64,000 nt of DNA from a candidate division FCPU426 bacterium (GTDB lineage: Bacteria > Oederibacteriota > Muellerivitia > Muellerivitales > Muellerivitaceae), in assembly GCA_963719085.1 (NCBI GenBank), contig CAVRAL010000005.1:128001-192000 (forward strand). The letters run 5' to 3'. How positions within the stretch are numbered: the stretch's first letter is position 1; each line of letters starts with the position of its first letter. Shown in pieces: positions 34,349-43,811 of the stretch. Below the pieces are notes generated by a model, which searched no databases, had not been told where the DNA came from, and was given only the letters and a program-made list of their open reading frames with translations. Both the position numbers and the translations under genes were made by a program.

Positions 34349-35548
34349 CTAAAACCAAAACCGGAAACGGAAGAAAAACCAAGACAGCCAACGGATCCAA
34401 AAGGGCCGCTGGTTGAAATGGGCCAGGGTCACTTCCCGGCTTTGCCGGCCGTCCAGAATGAACTGTCCTTCCACGGCCCGCCTGGACTTTTCCTGTTGAA
34501 GCACCACATTGACTTCCAAATCCCGGCGCAGGCTTCTTTGGTTCAAATTGCTGGAACCCACCAATACCCAATCGTCCACGACCAGTGTTTTGGCGTGCAA
34601 AATGCTTTCCTGATATTCGGCGATATGGCAGCCCGCCTTCAACAGTTTGGGATAGAAAGCCATGGAAACCCACCGGACCATCGGGATGTCGGAGGAACCT
34701 GGAAGAATCAACCGCACCTCGCAGCCCCGGCGGGCCGCCTGGGCCAGGGCCCTCAGCAACGATTGGGTCGGGGTAAAATAGGGGGTCAAAACCCAAATCC
34801 TCCGGCTCGCGCCTTGAAATCGGTTCAACAATTCCCGCCGGTAGGCCACCCGGAGGCGACGGGTCATCGTCAACCGGATCGGGGTTCCCGCCAACTCCCG
34901 GGTAATCCAACTTTTCAACCGGCGGCGGCCCCGGCTTCCCCAAAGGCGCGGCCAGCGGTCTTCCCAGGCGAGTCGGAAGGCGGTCTGGAAAACCAAACTC
35001 GCCACGCCCGACAAGAATAATCCCGTATCCCGCCACGCTTTTTTCCCCTTGGCGCGCCGAAGGTGCCAGTCCGAGACATTAAAGCTTCCCATCCAAACTT
35101 GGCGCTCATCCACCAGGCAAAGCTTGCGGTGGTCCCGGCGGTTGCCGGTATTTAAAAGCGAGTGCGCCTCCCGGAATCGATGTTTGAGGTGGTCCAGCCG
35201 CAAAAGCCGGAAGGCGGTGGAAAAAATTACCGGCAAGGAACGGTAAACCCGGAAGGCGGCTCCCGCTTGGGTCAACCGGGGGCCATAATGGGCGGCGAAA
35301 TCCGGGGAACCAATTCCATCCACCAGCAGGCGGACCGCCACTCCCTTTTGGGCGGCTTGGCAAAGCGCCTCGGCCACCTGATCGCCCAGCCAGCCCGGCT
35401 CAAAGATATAGGTCTCAAAGTCCACCGTTCGTTTGGCCAACCGCACGGACCTCAAAAGATCCCGGAAATATTCGTCTCCCTTGAAATAAAGGGTTTCTTT
35501 TTTCCAAGCGGCTTTTCGAGAGATTTTATTTTGGGTGATTCTTTTCAA
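34349..35548 (-). CDS. Cardiolipin synthase, ClsB-like phospholipase D
   Basis: Two HKD motifs (DHRKLCLVD, LHAKTLVVD) and TPYF. No N-terminal transmembrane segments. Confidence 0.88.
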   Translation of the reverse strand: MKRITQNKISRKAAWKKETLYFKGDEYFRDLLRSVRLAKRTVDFETYIFEPGWLGDQVAEALCQAAQKGVAVRLLVDGIGSPDFAAHYGPRLTQAGAAFRVYRSLPVIFSTAFRLLRLDHLKHRFREAHSLLNTGNRRDHRKLCLVDERQVWMGSFNVSDWHLRRAKGKKAWRDTGLFLSGVASLVFQTAFRLAWEDRWPRLWGSRGRRRLKSWITRELAGTPIRLTMTRRLRVAYRRELLNRFQGASRRIWVLTPYFTPTQSLLRALAQAARRGCEVRLILPGSSDIPMVRWVSMAFYPKLLKAGCHIAEYQESILHAKTLVVDDWVLVGSSNLNQRSLRRDLEVNVVLQQEKSRRAVEGQFILDGRQSREVTLAHFNQRPFWIRWLSWFFFRFRFWF

Positions 35549-35580
35549 AAAAACCTTTCAGTCCTCGTCCTGGTCCCGCG

Positions 35581-36261
35581 TCAACTGGCGAGCAAGCCAA
35601 GCTTTCCGGAAACCCGCGGCGCCTTGACTCCCGCCTTGATTTCGCTGAATCCCCCGCAAGCCGGGCACCGGATCACGCTCATCTCATCGGGCACGTGAAG
35701 TGTATAGGACGCGGCGCAATAGGGACAAGCCACTTTCCGGGCCAAAGGCTGGGCCGTGGAGTGGTCAAAAAGAGCCCGCCCCGTCGCGGGATCGAAAAAA
35801 GAATCGACGGCCGTGGAAACCAAGGGCTCCAAATCGCCTTGGGCGAAAGGGACGATCGCGGGCCGTGACTCCTCAAAGGCCTCCGCGATCTTGATCACAT
35901 GGTCGGTCCAGGCGTTGGTGATATAAAGGGAAATGAAATGATGAAGATCGGGGATGCGGATGGAAACCCGCTTGGAATCCTCGCAGTGCTCGAAAACATA
36001 AACATTCCGGCCTCGGGAAAAACCCGACTCAAAAAAACCGAGGTTTCGGTCATCGAACGCGGCTTGGGTCTCCCGGCTTAAAATCAGGAACAAGGCGTCG
36101 GACGCCGCGGCTTGTTTTCGGAAATCCCCGATGGGGTTCTTTCCCCCGATATTCTCGTATTCTTCCCAAACCGTTCCCACTTGGACCGCCAAAAAAACTT
36201 TTTCCAAGAAAGGTTTGAGCCTCGACTCCGCCCGGCTGTTCACAATCAGTATTCGTTTCAA
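35581..36261 (-). CDS. Hypothetical protein with a TIR-like N-terminus and C-terminal Zn ribbon
   Basis: SDALFLILS...FESGFSRGRNVYVFE. CPYC...CPAC. Confidence 0.55.
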   Translation of the reverse strand: MKRILIVNSRAESRLKPFLEKVFLAVQVGTVWEEYENIGGKNPIGDFRKQAAASDALFLILSRETQAAFDDRNLGFFESGFSRGRNVYVFEHCEDSKRVSIRIPDLHHFISLYITNAWTDHVIKIAEAFEESRPAIVPFAQGDLEPLVSTAVDSFFDPATGRALFDHSTAQPLARKVACPYCAASYTLHVPDEMSVIRCPACGGFSEIKAGVKAPRVSGKLGLLAS

Positions 36262-36300
36262 GAGAAACCCCCATTCATTTTTCCAGGCGGTCGGCCCGGA

Positions 36301-36930
36301 TTACTTCAAAGCGGTTTGATCAACCGGGGTCGTGGTTTGCGAAACCCCGCCCCAACCCGATTCCTGGCCCGTCCGTCCCTGACGGAAATAAATCTCCTTT
36401 TGGACATCCCCTAAAAGATCCTTCACTCCGCCGTTCATGGCGTCCCCCGCCAAGGGCAAATCAAACTTTCGGCAGGCGGTCAACTGATAGAGCACGCTCA
36501 CGCCGCCCTGGGGGCAATTTTCGATGTTCCAATAACCTTGATAAACCGAGAAATCCTGGTGGTCCACATCCTCAAAGGCGATGTTGCCTTTGGGCGTCTC
36601 ATGGATTTTTAAAAGCAGATGGACCCTTTTGGTGATAAATAAGAATCCCCCCTCCATTTCCTGGACCAACAAGATGTCGTTTCGATGGCGTTTCTCGACC
36701 CGGCTGACCTTCATACTGGAAACAAACTGGGGAATATTCTCGTAATCGGTCAAAACCGCCCAGACCACCGAGCGGTCCGCCATCACGTAAAATTGGCCCT
36801 GGAGTTCGTCCACCCCGGCGTTTTCCTGCGAGGTCAGGGAAACCGGCGCAAACGCGAGTCCGGCGCCGCAAAGCGCCGCCGCGCCCGCGGCGATCAACAG
36901 CAGTGGAAAAAACCTGTTCCGGGGTCTCAA
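36301..36930 (-). CDS. SRPBCC/polyketide-cyclase family protein with signal peptide
   Basis: VWAVLTDYENIPQFVSSM and DFSVYQGYW. Confidence 0.85.
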   Translation of the reverse strand: MRPRNRFFPLLLIAAGAAALCGAGLAFAPVSLTSQENAGVDELQGQFYVMADRSVVWAVLTDYENIPQFVSSMKVSRVEKRHRNDILLVQEMEGGFLFITKRVHLLLKIHETPKGNIAFEDVDHQDFSVYQGYWNIENCPQGGVSVLYQLTACRKFDLPLAGDAMNGGVKDLLGDVQKEIYFRQGRTGQESGWGGVSQTTTPVDQTALK

Positions 36931-36943
36931 GATAATCCTCCGG

Positions 36944-38323
36944 TCAGAACGCGAACTGGAACATCATCCGCGCCGAGGGAATCAACGAGGCGGTTTGCAG
37001 TCCCGTGGTGGCGACTTGGCTGGGCATCTCGGCCAAAACATACATCCCGTCGTTGCCCAAGGCTTCCGGGGTATTGATCATCCACATCGCCTCCGCCACC
37101 AGCTTGGCGTCCTCATTCAGGTGCCAGGTAATGGACGGCAGGGTGATTTCGTAAATGGGGTTGCTGCCCGTGATGGCGGTATAAGGCGTTCCCGGCGCCG
37201 CGGTGGCCGCGGGAGTGACCCGGAAAGAATTATCGGGAATCACCACGGCGAACCTGCCGGCGATCTCCCAGGGGTTATCCCCGACCGAGGCGATCACTTC
37301 CGCCCCGCCGATATTGATCTGTCCCGAGGTGACCGTATTGCCGTTGATGACAAAAGGCGCGAAGTTGGAAGCCTTAAACTGGGCCACATTGGCTTGGGCT
37401 GTTAGGGTAAAGGTAGTGTTGCCCAAAGGCGCCCGGAACTGGGTGTCCAAACTCGCCGTCCAATACTGGGCGTTGACCGGGCCAAAATTGGCCGCTGTTT
37501 TTCCCAAAAAAGGATTCCAAGCGGAATAAAGCATCATGTTGCCATAATCGCCGTTGGCCGAGAAGGCGGTGATGTAGCCGCTTTGAAGCGACAGGTCCGT
37601 GGAGTGGCCGGCATTGCTGTCATTCTCATACATCCCATTCAAGTGCAGGGCGAACGCGCTCTGGGCAGGCTTCACGAATCCGGTCTGCGTTTGATGGAAA
37701 GGGTCTTTCGTGATCCCGTCGTCAATCCCGATCCGCAAAAACATCAAGGGCGGAAACTCAAAGGTCTCGGGCAGGTAACGCTGAGGCAAGTTCGGGGCGC
37801 CGCTCAAAACGCCGCCCGCGAAATCCAATTGGCCCATCTGGCCGTAAAGGGACAAACCATTGTCGTATCCCGTATTGAAGAACATGTTGTAGAGAAGTGA
37901 TTTTTCCGTGAAAAGCTGATTGCCTTCGTAGACCGCGCTTTCCAAGTTGGCGGGCACCTTGAACTGTCCCACCTTGACATAAACCATATCCGGGATAAGC
38001 GGGATATCGACGTTGAAATCCTTCAGGTTAATCTGGTTGTTCGTGCTGTTGACCGCTTCCCCACCGAGGCCCAGCTCAAAGTTCCACTTGTAGCCCTTGA
38101 AATTTCCCGAGCTGGTTAAGCGATCCTCAACATTGAACAGATAGATCCTGGTATGCTCCCGGGTGGGGTCGTTGGTAACCAATTCCAGTTCGCCGAGCTC
38201 TTGAAACCGCCCGCCCAAACTGAAGGCCAGGTCGTCATTTTGAAAAATCTCAGCCGAATGGGCCCCGGACGCGAATCCCAGCAAAACCGCCATCGTCAAT
38301 AGGCATTTCTGAAAAGCCTTCAT
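36944..38323 (-). CDS. Outer-membrane porin (OprO/OprP-like)
   Basis: Signal peptide, VKVGQFKVP motif and C-terminal FQFAF. Confidence 0.75.
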   Translation of the reverse strand: MKAFQKCLLTMAVLLGFASGAHSAEIFQNDDLAFSLGGRFQELGELELVTNDPTREHTRIYLFNVEDRLTSSGNFKGYKWNFELGLGGEAVNSTNNQINLKDFNVDIPLIPDMVYVKVGQFKVPANLESAVYEGNQLFTEKSLLYNMFFNTGYDNGLSLYGQMGQLDFAGGVLSGAPNLPQRYLPETFEFPPLMFLRIGIDDGITKDPFHQTQTGFVKPAQSAFALHLNGMYENDSNAGHSTDLSLQSGYITAFSANGDYGNMMLYSAWNPFLGKTAANFGPVNAQYWTASLDTQFRAPLGNTTFTLTAQANVAQFKASNFAPFVINGNTVTSGQINIGGAEVIASVGDNPWEIAGRFAVVIPDNSFRVTPAATAAPGTPYTAITGSNPIYEITLPSITWHLNEDAKLVAEAMWMINTPEALGNDGMYVLAEMPSQVATTGLQTASLIPSARMMFQFAF

Positions 38324-38364
38324 GTTGCTCCGCCTTTTAAATTTGATCCTCAAAAACCTTCCGC

Positions 38365-39099
38365 TTACTTGGCCCCAAAAGTCACGTCATAGTGAATTTC
38401 GATCTCGTCCGTACAGGTGACCGTGACGATCAATATCGACATCTTGGGCGGGGTGATCTTGAAATCGGTCATCTTGAGCTTCTGGACGCCCTTCAACCGA
38501 ACCTGGTTATTCTGAAAAGTCGCGTCGGCGGTCAGTGTCACCGGGGCGGACTGACCCGCCACCGTCACGGTCCCCCGACCGGTCATGACGTAAGCGTCCG
38601 GAGACGCGCCCGCCGTTAAAGTTTCGCCGGTTAAGTTGAACTTAATTTCGGGATAGTCTTTGGCCTGAAGCGCCTGATAGGCGTTTTTGTCCAGTCCCGT
38701 ATCCTTTGAGTTAAGGGTTTTGAGCGGAACTACCAGGGTCATGGCCTTGACTTGGCCGGTTTGAAGCGCCGTGATCAAACTATGGGGGGCCGCCCCCTTA
38801 AGAAGGGCCGAACCTTCCAGCGCTTTCGCCGTCATTTGGTAGTTATGAAGGGTCGAGCCGCCCTCCATGTATAAGAAGCTTCCTGGTTGCAGTGTCAGGA
38901 CCCGTCCCGCGCCCGCCATTCCCTCGACAGGCCCTACGGTTTCGGCCGCCTTCTCGTACCAATGGATATAGCCCTTCATCAACTGGTTGCCGCCGTCTTG
39001 ACTCTGCCCCGGCGCGGCGCCGCTATCAGCCCAAACCACCGGCATCAAACCCAAAAACAAACCCAAAATCCCCGCCAAAACTCGATCGAAATTTCTCAT
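38365..39099 (-). CDS. YceI-family protein
   Basis: GGSTLH, LDKNAYQAL, YPEIKF and MTDFKITPP. Confidence 0.85.
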   Translation of the reverse strand: MRNFDRVLAGILGLFLGLMPVVWADSGAAPGQSQDGGNQLMKGYIHWYEKAAETVGPVEGMAGAGRVLTLQPGSFLYMEGGSTLHNYQMTAKALEGSALLKGAAPHSLITALQTGQVKAMTLVVPLKTLNSKDTGLDKNAYQALQAKDYPEIKFNLTGETLTAGASPDAYVMTGRGTVTVAGQSAPVTLTADATFQNNQVRLKGVQKLKMTDFKITPPKMSILIVTVTCTDEIEIHYDVTFGAK

Positions 39100-39130
39100 G
39101 ATTGACTTCCTTTTTTTGATCCTTCATCCT

Positions 39131-40213
39131 TTAGTTCCATAGGACTTCCATCGTGGCGGCGCCCTGGATGGCCAGGCGCACTTCAATCCCCTCGTTGTCG
39201 GCGAATCCATCCAAGACCCGGAAGGAGGTCACTTGGGTTTGCAGACGGGCAAAGGGCCCCAGGGGACGGTTCAGGGCCTTGTCGATTTTTCCCTTAATCA
39301 CGTCCAGCTTGACGCCGACCGGAAGCACGGCGATCTTTCGGAGTTGGTTTTTAAAATCCGATTTGAAAATCCAATCGGCGATCTGAAGCAGTAGGTCGCT
39401 GGACTTGATGTCATAGTCAAGATCCGGCAGGTCGAACATCCTCAGTTGGGGCAGGTAGCGGGGGGTTCCCCGCAAGTAAACCGTCAGGTGCGCCGGTTTG
39501 CCGGTGAAGTTGATGATGGGCGGGTTGTAATTGAGCTTTACCTCGGCGATGACTTGGCCGCCCGACCCATACAAGCGCACGCCTTCCAAGGTGAGTTTTC
39601 GCTCGCCCGTGCCGGGGAAAACCATGCCGATCAGCTTAAGTCGGGGGTCTTTAAAATATAAATTCGCCTCTTCATAACTAATTCGGGTATTGGTGATGGC
39701 CTGAAAAACGCCCGGACCCGGCTGAAAATGCCCCAAGGGCGGGATCTCCACCGGATGGGTCACGGGTTCGGGCCCGAAGACAATCTCCGGCTCCGCCGTC
39801 ATTTCTAAAACCGTATGCAGGGTGGAAACCCGCTTCAAATCGGTGCGCATGGTCCCGATACACAAGGTCTCCGGTTGAATCATCAGCCAAAGATCCTTAT
39901 CCAGGAAAATGGGTACCTGCATCCGGGCCCAGAGATCCCCCACATGGGATTTCAAATTAAGCCCGGGCGTGTTGTAAAGGTCGGGTACCAGTTGGCGCAG
40001 GCCGCCCTTGACCAGATTGGCCAAATGTTGGACCAGGTCGCCCCCGCTGGGAAAGATGATATCCACCGGCAAGCGCACCAGGCCCGGCTTGACCGCGGGA
40101 AAGCTTCGAACCGGCGGGGGTAATACGGGCACGTAGTGCGAAGGAAATGTGGCGCAGCCCATGGAGAAAACCGGCAAAAGGAGGATCAAAAGCCGGCGCC
40201 CGGTCGGGTTCAT
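39131..40213 (-). CDS. DUF4403-like putative lipoprotein
   Basis: Lipobox-like SMGC. VYLRGTPRY...LDYDIKS...ADW pattern. Confidence 0.65.
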   Translation of the reverse strand: MNPTGRRLLILLLPVFSMGCATFPSHYVPVLPPPVRSFPAVKPGLVRLPVDIIFPSGGDLVQHLANLVKGGLRQLVPDLYNTPGLNLKSHVGDLWARMQVPIFLDKDLWLMIQPETLCIGTMRTDLKRVSTLHTVLEMTAEPEIVFGPEPVTHPVEIPPLGHFQPGPGVFQAITNTRISYEEANLYFKDPRLKLIGMVFPGTGERKLTLEGVRLYGSGGQVIAEVKLNYNPPIINFTGKPAHLTVYLRGTPRYLPQLRMFDLPDLDYDIKSSDLLLQIADWIFKSDFKNQLRKIAVLPVGVKLDVIKGKIDKALNRPLGPFARLQTQVTSFRVLDGFADNEGIEVRLAIQGAATMEVLWN

Positions 40214-41436
40214 GGTTTCTCATTTTCTAAAACTTGTTTTTCTTCCCGGGCCCGATCCCCCGACATTTCCACCGCGATGGCGGCGGATTGCTCGGCCGAC
40301 ACGCCCTCGGTGCGCCTTTCATATTCCTTTTCGCCCTGGTCGTCCTTTTCCCGCTGCGCCCCATCCGCCGCCTGTGCCTGTTCCCCCGGCAGTTGAACCC
40401 GCAGTTCCTCAATCAGCATCATGGCCGCCGCCGCGAAAGGAAGCGCCAGCAGAAGGCCCACGACGCCCATCAAGGTTCCCCCCGCCAAAAGCGAAAAAAG
40501 AACCACCGTGGAAGGCAGACGCAAGGCATGCCCGTAAACCCGTGGCACCAAAACCCGGCTCTCGAATTCCATATAAAGAAGCATCAAAGCCAGCACCGAG
40601 AGGGTGATCACCGGGCCGTTGGGAAGGGACGCGAGAACCGCCGTCGCGATCGGAAAAAAAATACCGATATAAGGCAGGATGTCGGCCACTGCCCCGAAAA
40701 AGGCCAAAGCCAAGGCGTTTTGAACCCCGCAACAGACCAAAAGCACCAGGATAAAAACGCCAATGGACGCGCTGGTGATGACCTGCCCGCGGATATAGGC
40801 GCCCACGATGGTCTCCAGATTCATCATCACGCGGGAAAGCCGGATATGGTGGGAGCGGGGGACGACGGCGAAAAGGCCGCCCCGAAGCCGGTCCCGGTCG
40901 ATCATGATATAGAGGGCCAGGAAGAGGGTGCTCAGCACATAAGCGACGAAGCTAAGCGCCTCCATGGAATAAGCGAAGGCGGTGGCCCCGGCGGTGCTGA
41001 CCTGTCCGCCGTATTTAAACTGCCGCAGCCATTTCGCCAAAGTCTGGCTGAGGGGATAGGCGGACAGCTTATCCGCCAATTGATCCCGCAAAGCCGGTTC
41101 CTGATCCAAGATGATCGCGCCCTGCGCCAGGAGCGCCGGAATGGTCAGGATGGCCGCCCCCAGGATCAGGACCACCAAGGAGCCGAAGACAATCCCGATG
41201 GCGGCCCCCCGGCGGATTCCTTTTTTTTCCAGCCAATGGGTGGCCGGATTCAAGGTACCCACCATAAAAAAAGCGGCGACCAAGACTAAGAGCACCGGCA
41301 AAAGCTTGAAGATCACCCATAAACCGGCCAGCACCGCGACCAAGGTCATCATGGTCGAAGGCGCCAGTTCGAAACGCACTACGCGCCGGATGACCTTCCT
41401 CGAATTTTCCGACTCACTCTTAATCGCCAAAGTCAC
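40210..41436 (-). CDS. AI-2E family transporter
   Basis: Multiple transmembrane helices. YIRGQ, ILPYIG, ESRVLVPRVYG and GLLLALP. Confidence 0.9.
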   Translation of the reverse strand: MTLAIKSESENSRKVIRRVVRFELAPSTMMTLVAVLAGLWVIFKLLPVLLVLVAAFFMVGTLNPATHWLEKKGIRRGAAIGIVFGSLVVLILGAAILTIPALLAQGAIILDQEPALRDQLADKLSAYPLSQTLAKWLRQFKYGGQVSTAGATAFAYSMEALSFVAYVLSTLFLALYIMIDRDRLRGGLFAVVPRSHHIRLSRVMMNLETIVGAYIRGQVITSASIGVFILVLLVCCGVQNALALAFFGAVADILPYIGIFFPIATAVLASLPNGPVITLSVLALMLLYMEFESRVLVPRVYGHALRLPSTVVLFSLLAGGTLMGVVGLLLALPFAAAAMMLIEELRVQLPGEQAQAADGAQREKDDQGEKEYERRTEGVSAEQSAAIAVEMSGDRAREEKQVLENEKP

Positions 41437-41478
41437 GGCTCACTCCTGGATGGGGGTCTTCCCGAAAATAAATCGAAC

Positions 41479-41904
41479 CTAGAAATAATTGATCGGAAGC
41501 GGGTTCCGGGGCTCCACATGCTTCACAAAGGCCGGAGTGTCATTGGCCAACTGCTTGGCGTGAACGATCTGGTCCGCGGATTGGCCTTTTTGAATGACCA
41601 ACACCTGTCCGGGGGTAATCTGGTCCGGATCCTGAATCTCATCCCGGTTGGTTTTGAAGATCAAAGGCCATTGAGTGGAATCGGCATAGATGCCCTCGTG
41701 ATCCGAGATCGCCCAAAGGGTATCCCCGGACTGAACCACATATTGCTCCGCTGGCGCGGCCGCCACTACCGTCGGCGCGGCCTGTTCGGTCACGGGCGCT
41801 TGCGGAACATCGGTCACATCCATTTTTTTCGCCGCGCAGCCGCAGGCCATCATCACCATCAGACCCAGACTAAAAACCACCGCCGTCTTCTCATATTTTT
41901 TCAT
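41479..41904 (-). CDS. LysM-domain lipoprotein
   Basis: Cys-containing lipobox-like ACGC. YVVQSGDTLWAIS...IQDPDQITPGQVL. Confidence 0.88.
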   Translation of the reverse strand: MKKYEKTAVVFSLGLMVMMACGCAAKKMDVTDVPQAPVTEQAAPTVVAAAPAEQYVVQSGDTLWAISDHEGIYADSTQWPLIFKTNRDEIQDPDQITPGQVLVIQKGQSADQIVHAKQLANDTPAFVKHVEPRNPLPINYF

Positions 41905-41999
41905 TTCTTTTTTCCTTTTAAGTTTTCAAGGCTTTCCGCCCGGTCAAAAGCGGACAGCGGGTGAACAGCGGATCCTCCCGGAAGGGGAAAACCCGGGCA

Positions 42000-42482
42000 T
42001 CAATTCGCGGACTGGCCGTGGGCTTCCACAAACCACAACTGCTTGTCAACATTTCGGGAAACTTCGGTCAGGATGTCCGCCGTATCCGCGTCGTCCACCT
42101 CAACGGCCTTCTGGATGGTCCCCCGGACCGATTCGCCGTAAGACGCCAAAGCGTGGGACAGGGACGCGACGTGTTCCTTGCCGCTGGAAATCGTCACTGG
42201 ATAAACGGGCAGGCTGGATTTTTGGTCTACCGGGCCCAAGGTGCCGATCGCGATGCCGCCCAATTGAACGATTCTTTCCGCGATCAGGTCCGAATAGCCT
42301 TCGGCCGCTTCCGCGACCTTGTCAAACAGCTCGTGCAAGGCGATAAAACTGGGGCCCTTCACGTTCCAATGGGCCTGCTTGGCTTGAAGCGTCAAGTCGA
42401 TCGAATCCACCAGGCGGCCCTGAAGCAGGGTCGTCACTTGAATCCTGACTTTTTCCGGCAAATTGTTCTTGGTCGGATACAT
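42000..42482 (-). CDS. dps: DNA starvation/stationary-phase protection protein Dps
   Basis: KQAHWNVKGPSFIALHELFD, DLIAERIVQLGG and DKQLWFVEAH. Confidence 0.96.
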   Translation of the reverse strand: MYPTKNNLPEKVRIQVTTLLQGRLVDSIDLTLQAKQAHWNVKGPSFIALHELFDKVAEAAEGYSDLIAERIVQLGGIAIGTLGPVDQKSSLPVYPVTISSGKEHVASLSHALASYGESVRGTIQKAVEVDDADTADILTEVSRNVDKQLWFVEAHGQSAN

Positions 42483-42512
42483 AAAAACCCGCTTTCTTTC
42501 GGCTCGAAATTT

Positions 42513-42671
42513 TCAATCCTCATCCACCAGCGCAAACTGCGTTTTGGGTTCCCCGCAGGAAGGACAAGCGCCCAGGACCCACCGGTTGCGGGATTTCAGT
42601 TCCCCGCACTCCAGGCACTTCCATAAAAGCTCCGTCCGGTCGGAATTGGCGTCATAGAGATAAATTTCCAC
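42513..42671 (-). CDS. 52-aa rubredoxin-like protein (not in the ORF track)
   Basis: GGAGG RBS, GTG start. ...LLWKCLECGELKSRNRWVLGACPSCGEPKTQFALVDED*. Confidence 0.8.
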   Translation of the reverse strand: MEIYLYDANSDRTELLWKCLECGELKSRNRWVLGACPSCGEPKTQFALVDED

Positions 42672-42689
42672 AAGCCCTCCGGCCGGGCG

Positions 42690-42968
42690 TCAACCCTGGC
42701 TTTTGCGGGAAGGGGTGAAAACCCTGAAAATGGACAGGAGCAAAATCGCCCCCAGAATGGACATGCCAAGCACTTCCCAATACCCGATTAGCGTGATCTG
42801 GAACCAGTAGGCGCAATAGCCGCCTAGAAAAGCGCCGGCCACACCCACGACCACATCCCCTAAAATGCCCATCCCCGAACCTTCCACCAAGACGCTGGCA
42901 ATCCATCCCGCCAGTCCTCCGGTAATTAAAAACCAAACCAAATCGTGAAGCTGCATCGAGTTATCCAC
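42690..42968 (-). CDS. GlsB/YeaQ/YmgE family stress-response membrane protein
   Basis: GGLAGWIAS...GILGDVVVGVAGAFLGG...SILGAILLL. Confidence 0.9.
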   Translation of the reverse strand: MDNSMQLHDLVWFLITGGLAGWIASVLVEGSGMGILGDVVVGVAGAFLGGYCAYWFQITLIGYWEVLGMSILGAILLLSIFRVFTPSRKSQG

Positions 42969-42983
42969 AGAATCCTCCGAATC

Positions 42984-43017
42984 AAAAAATATTTCTCCGG
43001 GCTTGGGACCGGAGAAA
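42984..43017 (-). terminator. Possible intrinsic terminator or processing hairpin after the barrel gene
   Basis: 9-bp stem TTTCTCCGG/CCGGAGAAA followed by TATTTTT on the minus strand. Confidence 0.4.
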
Positions 43018-43025
43018 CCCGGCGG

Positions 43026-43586
43026 TTAAAGAATTGAAAGCCCCACTAAAAAGGTGAAGGTGCCGTTTTGAATCTTTTGGCTGGAGCTCACGTCGTTCAA
43101 ACCCACCTCGTAACGGCCGCTCACCAGGATCGGATCCATGTTCACTTGGGCTCCCAGCATCAATCCCACATCGGTGCGGTTCACGTTCACGACACCGTTA
43201 TCGGCCACCTCGGAATTAAAGGAAGGCCCCAAAATCACGCCCAAGGGCCCCACTAAAGTGACGTCCAAGAGAATGGGTATTTCGATATAGTCCAATTGGT
43301 AAGGGTTGCCGTTGAACTTGCCACCCTTTTGCTCATAAAGAACTTCCGGCTGAATCGCCAGACTCGGCGAGAGGGGCAAATCCAGGAAAGCGCCGCCCAC
43401 AAAACCCAAACGGGAGGCGAAAATATCATTCACATTTTGACCCTGCAGGTTGGCCAGGTTAACCCCGCCTTCCACGCCCAACCGTAAACCCGGATCCCCG
43501 CCCGTGGACGCTTGCGCTTCCGCCGCGAACGAATTTCCAGCCATCAACAAAAACAACCCGACGAACATCCCAGTAATTTTTCTCAT
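43026..43586 (-). CDS. Small outer-membrane beta-barrel (porin family, PorT/OMP_b-brl_2-like)
   Basis: GVEGGVNLA, IQPEVLYEQKG and LDYIEIPIL. Probable start MRKITG at 43586. Confidence 0.8.
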   Translation of the reverse strand: MRKITGMFVGLFLLMAGNSFAAEAQASTGGDPGLRLGVEGGVNLANLQGQNVNDIFASRLGFVGGAFLDLPLSPSLAIQPEVLYEQKGGKFNGNPYQLDYIEIPILLDVTLVGPLGVILGPSFNSEVADNGVVNVNRTDVGLMLGAQVNMDPILVSGRYEVGLNDVSSSQKIQNGTFTFLVGLSIL

Positions 43587-43654
43587 TTTTTCCTTTTTTC
43601 TTGCAGCTAAGGCCCGTGGGCTTCTCAACCCACGGTTCCCCGCTTTTCAACCGC

Positions 43655-43786
43655 TTATATGTAACGAACCACAAAGAGGATCAGCGCGACCACCAACAAT
43701 ACGTGGACCACTCCGCCCGCCGTATTGGAGGTCGCCATCCCCAGAAGCCATAAAACCAGCAGAATCACAGCGATGGTCACCAACAT
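43655..43786 (-). CDS. lmo0937-family small membrane protein (43 aa, not in the ORF track)
   Basis: MLVTIAVILLVLWLLGMATSNTAGGVVHVLLVVALILFVVRYI*. Confidence 0.85.
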   Translation of the reverse strand: MLVTIAVILLVLWLLGMATSNTAGGVVHVLLVVALILFVVRYI

Positions 43787-43811
43787 GTGCAGCCTACTTT
43801 CTGGTTAAAAC

